A stretch of DNA of 63,100 nucleotides, filler included, from Octopus bimaculoides (lineage: Eukaryota): assembly GCF_001194135.2 (NCBI RefSeq). It is 3 parts of 3 records of this genome, joined end to end, with 100 filler letters (N's around TTAATTAATTAA, not from the genome) between each part and the next. Parts side by side here need not be neighbours in the genome. Positions count along the whole stretch, not along the records: positions 43,101 to 63,100 come from NC_069003.1; 2 more parts are not named here. One strand, written 5' to 3'. The notes beneath the pieces were generated by a model that saw nothing but the letters and a program-made list of their open reading frames with translations, searched no databases and was not told where the DNA came from. This document shows, one piece after another, positions 57,560-63,100 of the stretch. Made by a program: the position numbers and the translations under genes. How positions within the stretch are numbered: the stretch's first letter is position 1; the number at the start of each line of letters is the position of its first letter.

Positions 57560-59445
57560 CAAAAGGTTTGTAAAAAGAATCCTTATAGATGCAAAGATCA
57601 ATTATTCATAAATAAGATGATTATAGAGAATTACCGGTGCAAAAGGAACCTGAATATGGTATGGATAAACTACAGGAAAGCGTTTGATAGTGTTCCAAAT
57701 AATTGGCTACTCAAGGCCCTTGAGATATATAAGATCTCTCCTGTCGTCCCCAAACTCTCAAACGAACTGAGTAACACCAGGTATGGGTTCAAAATGTATA
57801 ATACTCTAGTAAAGCATCTGTTTTATATTGACGATCTGAAGTTGTTTGCTAGAAATGACGAAGATCTTGTAGGGCTGTTAACAACTGTTAAAGAGTTCAG
57901 CAATGTCATCTGGATGGATTTTGGCCTTGATAAGTGTGCTAAAGCAACTTTTGTAGAAGGCAAGCTCAGACATACAACTTCCATTAAATTAAATACCGAC
58001 TCTACCATCAAGGAACTTGACCCACAAGAAAGCTATAAATACCTGGGGATAAACGAGAGAGATGGTATGCAACATGCTACTATGAAATAAAAAATGAGAA
58101 AGGAGTATTACAGGAAAGTAAGACTCATACTAAAAACTGAACTCAACTCCAAAATTCGCATCGAAGCCATTAACACCCTAGCACTTCCAGTTGTCCAATA
58201 CAGTTTTAACATCATTAACTGGAATCTTACAGAGCTCCAGCGCCTGGACAGGAAGACAAAAGAACTACTAAGAACATGCACCACCCAAAAGCAGATATTG
58301 ATCGTCTGTACCTACCTAGAAGTAATGGGGGAAGAGTAATGGCACAATAGCAATGAACAAGTACTTATCTAGTACAGAGGACTGGATGCTGCGGCTTGTG
58401 TGCAAACACGAAAGCAGCAAATAATCACATTCTATTGTCAAGGAAGCTTGCAAATTCGAAAGGGAACTCGGCATTAACCCTGAATTAGATGAAGAACATG
58501 AAACCACTGCCACGAAACAAGCAAAACGGATCAAACAGACTGCAAAAAAGAATGGGCAGAAACAAATTGAGGAGCGGTGGCGCCAGAAGCCTCTGCATGA
58601 ACAGTGTATGCTTCGATGCCGAAATGCTGATGTAGATCGAGCAACAACTCATCAGTGGCTGAGAAGCTCAGGACTGAAAGCAGAGACTGAAGGTTTCATA
58701 TTGGCGGCACAAGATCAAAGCTTGATTTTCAAAAACTACCAGGTTAACATTCTTGAAAACGGTTTTGACTCTAAATGCAGATTCTGCAATGAATTTGATG
58801 AAACAATAGACCATCTCGTCTCAGGATTTTCTGTACTGACACCAAACGAATAAAAAAGTCGCTACGATAGGGTAGGACAGTATTTACAATGGGAAATATG
58901 TAAACACTACAAAATCAGCACTCCTGCTAACTGGTATGAACATCATTCTGAGCCAGTCGTTGAAGGTAAAAATGTCACTATCCTCTGGGATTTTCCAGTC
59001 AACACCGATAGAACGATCCAGGCTAATCAACCAGACATAATCATTAAAGACAAGGAGGAAAATACTTGTAGACTAATGGATGTAAGTGTCCCCACTGATA
59101 AAAATATATCTGTAAAGGAATTTGATAAATTAAGTAAATATAAGAATCTGGAAATTGAAATACATGTGACATCTCAAAGCGAGAGCTGTTCTTATTATTG
59201 TGGGTGCCCTAGGTATGATAAGAAACATCTAGATAATATCCCAAGAGAATTATGTCTCAGAGAAATCCAAATGATCGTGCTGAAAAGTACTGCCCATATC
59301 CTTAGAAAAATCTCATCAATTTAAATGTCTGTGTTGTATTACATGAAGATATTTCGCTACTGCCCCTGCCAATTCCCTTCCCCAAGCTTTCTTGGACGCT
59401 AGATGTGCCTCGGAAAGTGATTTTAACAAACATGCAGATCAAGAG

Positions 59446-59446
<1 letters not shown>
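57560..59446 (+). mobile_element. Second R4/Dong-clade element with an internal deletion; followed by (AAC)n
   Basis: KDQLFINKMI..., WINYRKAFDSVP, HLFYIDDLKLF, FGLDKCA, AINTLALPV, WLRSSGLKAETEGFI.AAQDQ, CRFC...ETIDHLVSG, NQPDIIIKD, MDVSVPTD, KYKNLEIE. Confidence 0.92.
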
Positions 59447-59503
<57 letters not shown>

Positions 59504-59539
59504 CCACAACAACAACAACAACAACAACATAATATAATA

Positions 59540-59710
59540 TACAGAAAATAGCATTGCTAAGCACCGCACACATCCTATGTTAAGCACTTTCAGTACAGTG
59601 AAAGTAAGTTCACCACAACAAGCCACAGCACATACCTAAGTCACACGGAGCTGCGTTCGTTAGTGTTGTGAAAGGACGTGATAAAACTAAAACTACTGAA
59701 TTATAATAAC
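59540..59710 (+). mobile_element. Short 3' fragment of a third R4/Dong-like element
   Basis: IQKIALLSTAHIL matches the C-terminus of the two upstream copies (IQKIVL.GTAHIL / IQMIVLKSTAHIL). It is followed by a UTR ending in aataacaat. Confidence 0.6.
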
Positions 59711-60346
59711 AATGATTTCTTTATTGTCCACCAAGGATTTACATCAAGAAAATCATTGTGGACGGCACATTGAATGTGTGTGTGTGTGTCTTTGTGTTTA
59801 TGAGTTATATACATTTTTTACATTTGACGGATATTTGTCCTCATCTTGTTTGTTGTCAATGCGAAAGGCCTCTCCGAAAAGATACAAAAGATATGCGACC
59901 CATACGACATCAGGGCAGTAATACAACACTTTGCAAATATCTCCTTCGAGTAAAACCACCAATAGAAGAGATTATGACCAAAGACTGCATGTACTCCATC
60001 CCATGTAGGTGTGGTAGGTTATACAAAGGCGAAACATGTCGCCCCCTCTAAATAAGGGTAGACGAACATCGCAAAGCTATGACACGAGGGGATATTGATA
60101 AATCGGGTATAGCTGATCATGTATGGAAAAACGGAGAACATCTCCCCCTGTGGGATGAAGTTAAGATAATAGACAGAGAACACCACTGGCAAATACGAAA
60201 ACTAAAAGAGGCAGCACATATGCTAGGACATAGTAACCTCCTAAGCAGACCTAGTGCAGATAGGAGTAGAATATGGGAACCAGTATTAAGGAAGGATAGG
60301 AAAATATTAGATGTATAAGCCCTGAATTCATTCCATAATTGCCCAC

Positions 60347-60410
60347 GGGCATATGGTGTAGTAGTTAAGAGTGCGGGCTACTTCCGAGTTCCATTTCAGG
60401 CAGTGACCTG
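60347..60410 (+). promoter_or_regulatory. tRNA-like (Pol III A/B-box) head inside the PLE 3' region
   Basis: gggcatatggtgtagtagttaagagtgcgggctac...gagttccatttcaggc: clear A-box, degenerate B-box. Confidence 0.5.
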
Positions 60411-60490
<80 letters not shown>

Positions 60491-60551
60491 TAATAATAAT
60501 AATAACGGAAAATACCTTAGGAATGAGAACCCAGGGTCGAAATTCCCCCAG

Positions 60552-60611
60552 GACACCTGATGAAGGCTGGAGAGTATATCAGGCGAAACGTTAAATGAAA
60601 AGGAAAGTGTT
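60552..60611 (+). ncRNA. Minimal hammerhead ribozyme motif in the pLTR (this copy interrupted)
   Basis: gacac-CTGATGA(60557-63)-a-ggctg...tcaggc-GAAAC(60585-89)-GTT-[14-nt insert]-gtgtt. Helix I is gacac/gtgtt and helix III is the palindrome AACGTT. Confidence 0.65.
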
Positions 60612-60699
60612 AACAGCAAACAAAATGAGGACAAATATCCGTCAGATCTAAATAGTGTAAAGAATGTACATAATTCCTCATCTCTTAAATATAGAACTG

Positions 60700-60721
60700 T
60701 GTGTATGAGTGTGCGTGTGTG

Positions 60722-60763
<42 letters not shown>

Positions 60764-60962
60764 TGTCTGTGTTGTCTTTCACCACAGCTTGACAACCGGT
60801 GTTGGTGTGTTTACATCCCTAGCGGTTCGGCAGAAGTAACTGATACAATATGTACTAGTCTTGGAAAAGTCATGGGGTCGATTTGTTCGACTAAAACCGT
60901 TCAAGGCGGCGCCCCAGTATGGCCGTAAGCAAAATGACTGAAGCAAGGGAAAGATAAAAGAT
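60700..60962 (+). mobile_element. SINE 3' half (16922 family)
   Basis: gcttgacaaccggtgttggtgtgtttacatcc...ggggtcgatttgttcgactaa...ggcggcgccccagtatggccg...gactgaagcaag. Confidence 0.8.
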
Positions 60963-61254
60963 AAAACAACATATACTATTTAAAAAATAAACATAGATTT
61001 TTCTAGTTAGGTTGAGTTGGATACTCCATGACTTTTACGAGTGCTACCAAATGCACCACTAAGCATTTTTCGAAGCATTTGATGTTGAAAAATACCAACG
61101 TCTCGAGGGTATCTTTTTTTAAAGTTCGACATAATGTTTAATTTTAAATTTACTGGCTGTCTGTCTTTTGCATATGTTTTATACCCTGAGTCTAACTATT
61201 TGATACAGTTTCTTCTGAAAGTCCATGGCTCCCGAGGTGTATAATTTTGTCTAT

Positions 61255-62010
61255 TACGAGATGCATTCCAGAAGTTTTGAGACTCTTTGGAGAGGCAGTT
61301 GTAACTGTCGTAGATTATTTTAATGTTAGCATATCATTTCTTATTTCTTTATTGCCCACAGGGGGCTAAACATAGAGGGGACAAACAAGAACAGACAAAG
61401 AGATTAAGTCGATTACATCGACCCAGTGCGTAACTGGTACTTAATTTATCGACCCCGAAAGGATGAAAGGCAAAGTCGACCTCAGCGGAATTTGGACTCA
61501 GAACGTAACGGCAGACGAAATACCGCTACGCATTTCGTACGGTGTGTTAACGTTTCTGCCAGCTCGCCGCCTTAACGTTTCTGCCAGCTCGCCTTTTAGC
61601 ATATCATTTCTGTAAACTTAAGAAACTGACCTGCCAACTTTTTTTTTATTCCAGATTGAAGGAGACGGCTGTAGCGGCACCTTGAACACACCCTGCTAAA
61701 CACTGCTTGTCACGGGTGACTAGTTTGCAGAATGCAGTCGGGCGGTTTGGAAGACCGTTCTGCACTAAAGTTTTGAGTTAAACTGGGCAAAAACGCTACA
61801 GAAGCTTATGGAAGGCTCCAGATTGTTTATGGATTAACTTTTTCACTGGCATAAGAGGTTCAAGGATGGTAGAGAGGAGGTGAGAGATGATGAAAAGTGG
61901 GGAAGGGAAAGAGACGTCAGAAGATCAGAGCTGGTTGAAAAAAATCGCCATCTTCCGGATGAAGACCGTCATGTGTCTATTATGACAATAAGAATACAGG
62001 CAATGCTAAT
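61255..62010 (+). mobile_element. Mariner transposon relic (5' TIR + N-terminal HTH region), interrupted by a SINE
   Basis: tacgag.tgcattccagaagttttgagact terminus; RSALKF*VKLGKNATEAY...VYG...FHWHKRFKDGREEVRDDEK.GR...DRHVSI is mariner HTH-like. Confidence 0.78.
61342..61595 (-). mobile_element. SINE (24100 family) with 16-bp TSD and duplicated 5' end
   Basis: TSD ttagcatatcatttct at 61326-41 and 61596-611. aacgtttctgccagctcgcc occurs twice. Confidence 0.92.
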
Positions 62011-62012
62011 AG

Positions 62013-62285
62013 ATTATTCTTTTACTTGCTTTATACATGGGACTGCGATCATGCTGGAGCACTGCTTTGAAGGGTTGTGGGACTGAGGCCATGCTGGTGC
62101 ACTGCCTCGAAGGGTTTTAGCCAAACAAATCGACCCCACTGCATATTCGTTTTCTTTTTTTTTATGTGTTGTACTCTTCCTATCAGTTGCTTTGCCGAAC
62201 CGCTAAGTAACAGGAACGAAAACAAACCAGCGCCGGTGATGAGGACAAAAGCAGTGCACACAGACGCACATAGACGCACGCAGAA
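62013..62285 (-). mobile_element. SINE 3' half with duplicated tail segment
   Basis: gactgcgatcatgctggagcactgc..gaagggtt and gactgaggccatgctggtgcactgc..gaagggtt occur in tandem. Confidence 0.7.
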
Positions 62286-62337
62286 TATTGGATGGAGAAA
62301 AGCATTAAAAAATGCAATAATGCTGCAGAAAATGCTA

Positions 62338-62459
62338 GTTGATGATGATGATGATGATGATGATGGCGATAATTATGATGATGGCGACAGTGATGATGAT
62401 GGAGATGATGATGGCGATGAGGAAAGACACTGATTATGTTAATGATGGCATTGATGAAA

Positions 62460-62490
<31 letters not shown>

Positions 62491-62491
62491 C

Positions 62492-62555
<64 letters not shown>

Positions 62556-62592
62556 GTGATAATAATGACGATGGTGATGACGATTGTGATGA
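62338..62592. repeat. (GAT)n microsatellite
   Basis: Direct reading. Confidence 0.95.
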
Positions 62593-62713
62593 AATGTCAA
62601 TCCAATATGAAGTCAATCACATGAAATAATTGGAATTGTTGCCATGAATTCAATATCATACACTGGGAATTCTCTGGGGATTGTATCATACACCCACCCA
62701 CACGTGCACACAC

Positions 62714-62791
<78 letters not shown>

Positions 62792-62830
62792 ATAAAAACA
62801 AACCATATGCATCCTTCTCCAAGTAAGTTT

Positions 62831-62870
<40 letters not shown>

Positions 62871-63100
62871 ATATATATATGTATATACACATATGTATTT
62901 TACATGCACACGCACGCAAGTATATTATATATTTAATATACATACATACATATATATATGTATCATATATATGTATATATATATTTATATATACTTTTAT
63001 GTATGTATATGTGTGTGTATGCATGATAAGCAGAATGTGTATAAGATACACACATATATACACATGTATTATATATTACAAACGCATATATATATATATA

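Larger units (their letters stand above)
59812..60700 (+). mobile_element. Penelope-like element 3' end: GIY-YIG endonuclease + pLTR, with inverted terminal segment
   Basis: CMYSIPCRCGRLYKGETCRPL*IRVDEHRKA...KSGIADHVW...WDEVKIIDRE.HW..RKLKEA. 59812-59860 is an inverted copy of ~60610-60660. Confidence 0.88.

Noticed and set aside
57470-57560. QHLLQDPHINTN*KNIRFLERTRSIHKL as a PLE endonuclease scrap
   Set aside because: About 28 aa with only vague similarity.

Overview
AT-rich, microsatellite-dense eukaryotic DNA with many N gaps. The repeat families and the single-exon C2H2 gene suggest a cephalopod, probably Octopus (inference). There is one clear host gene: a 762-aa single-exon C2H2 zinc-finger ORF (10285-12573, +) with 12 fingers and an N-terminal region of short repeats that I cannot assign to a named domain. 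Almost everything else recognisable is mobile DNA: several tRNA-headed SINE families, RTE fragments, a CR1/L2-type 3' end, a Hero-type and several R4/Dong-type RLE retrotransposons, two clear Penelope-like (GIY-YIG) fragments, a mariner relic and several MITEs. The most interesting signals are: (i) minimal hammerhead-ribozyme motifs, including a Penelope 3' repeat that joins a tRNA-like Pol III head, (AAT)n and a hammerhead; (ii) the repeat N-terminus and duplicated 5-finger block of the ZF gene; (iii) a fold-back element carrying head-to-head telomere-like arrays; (iv) an isolated triple C2H2 module that may be retroelement-borne; (v) R4/Dong copies sitting in trinucleotide microsatellites. 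All assignments come from reading and motif recall. No searches were run.
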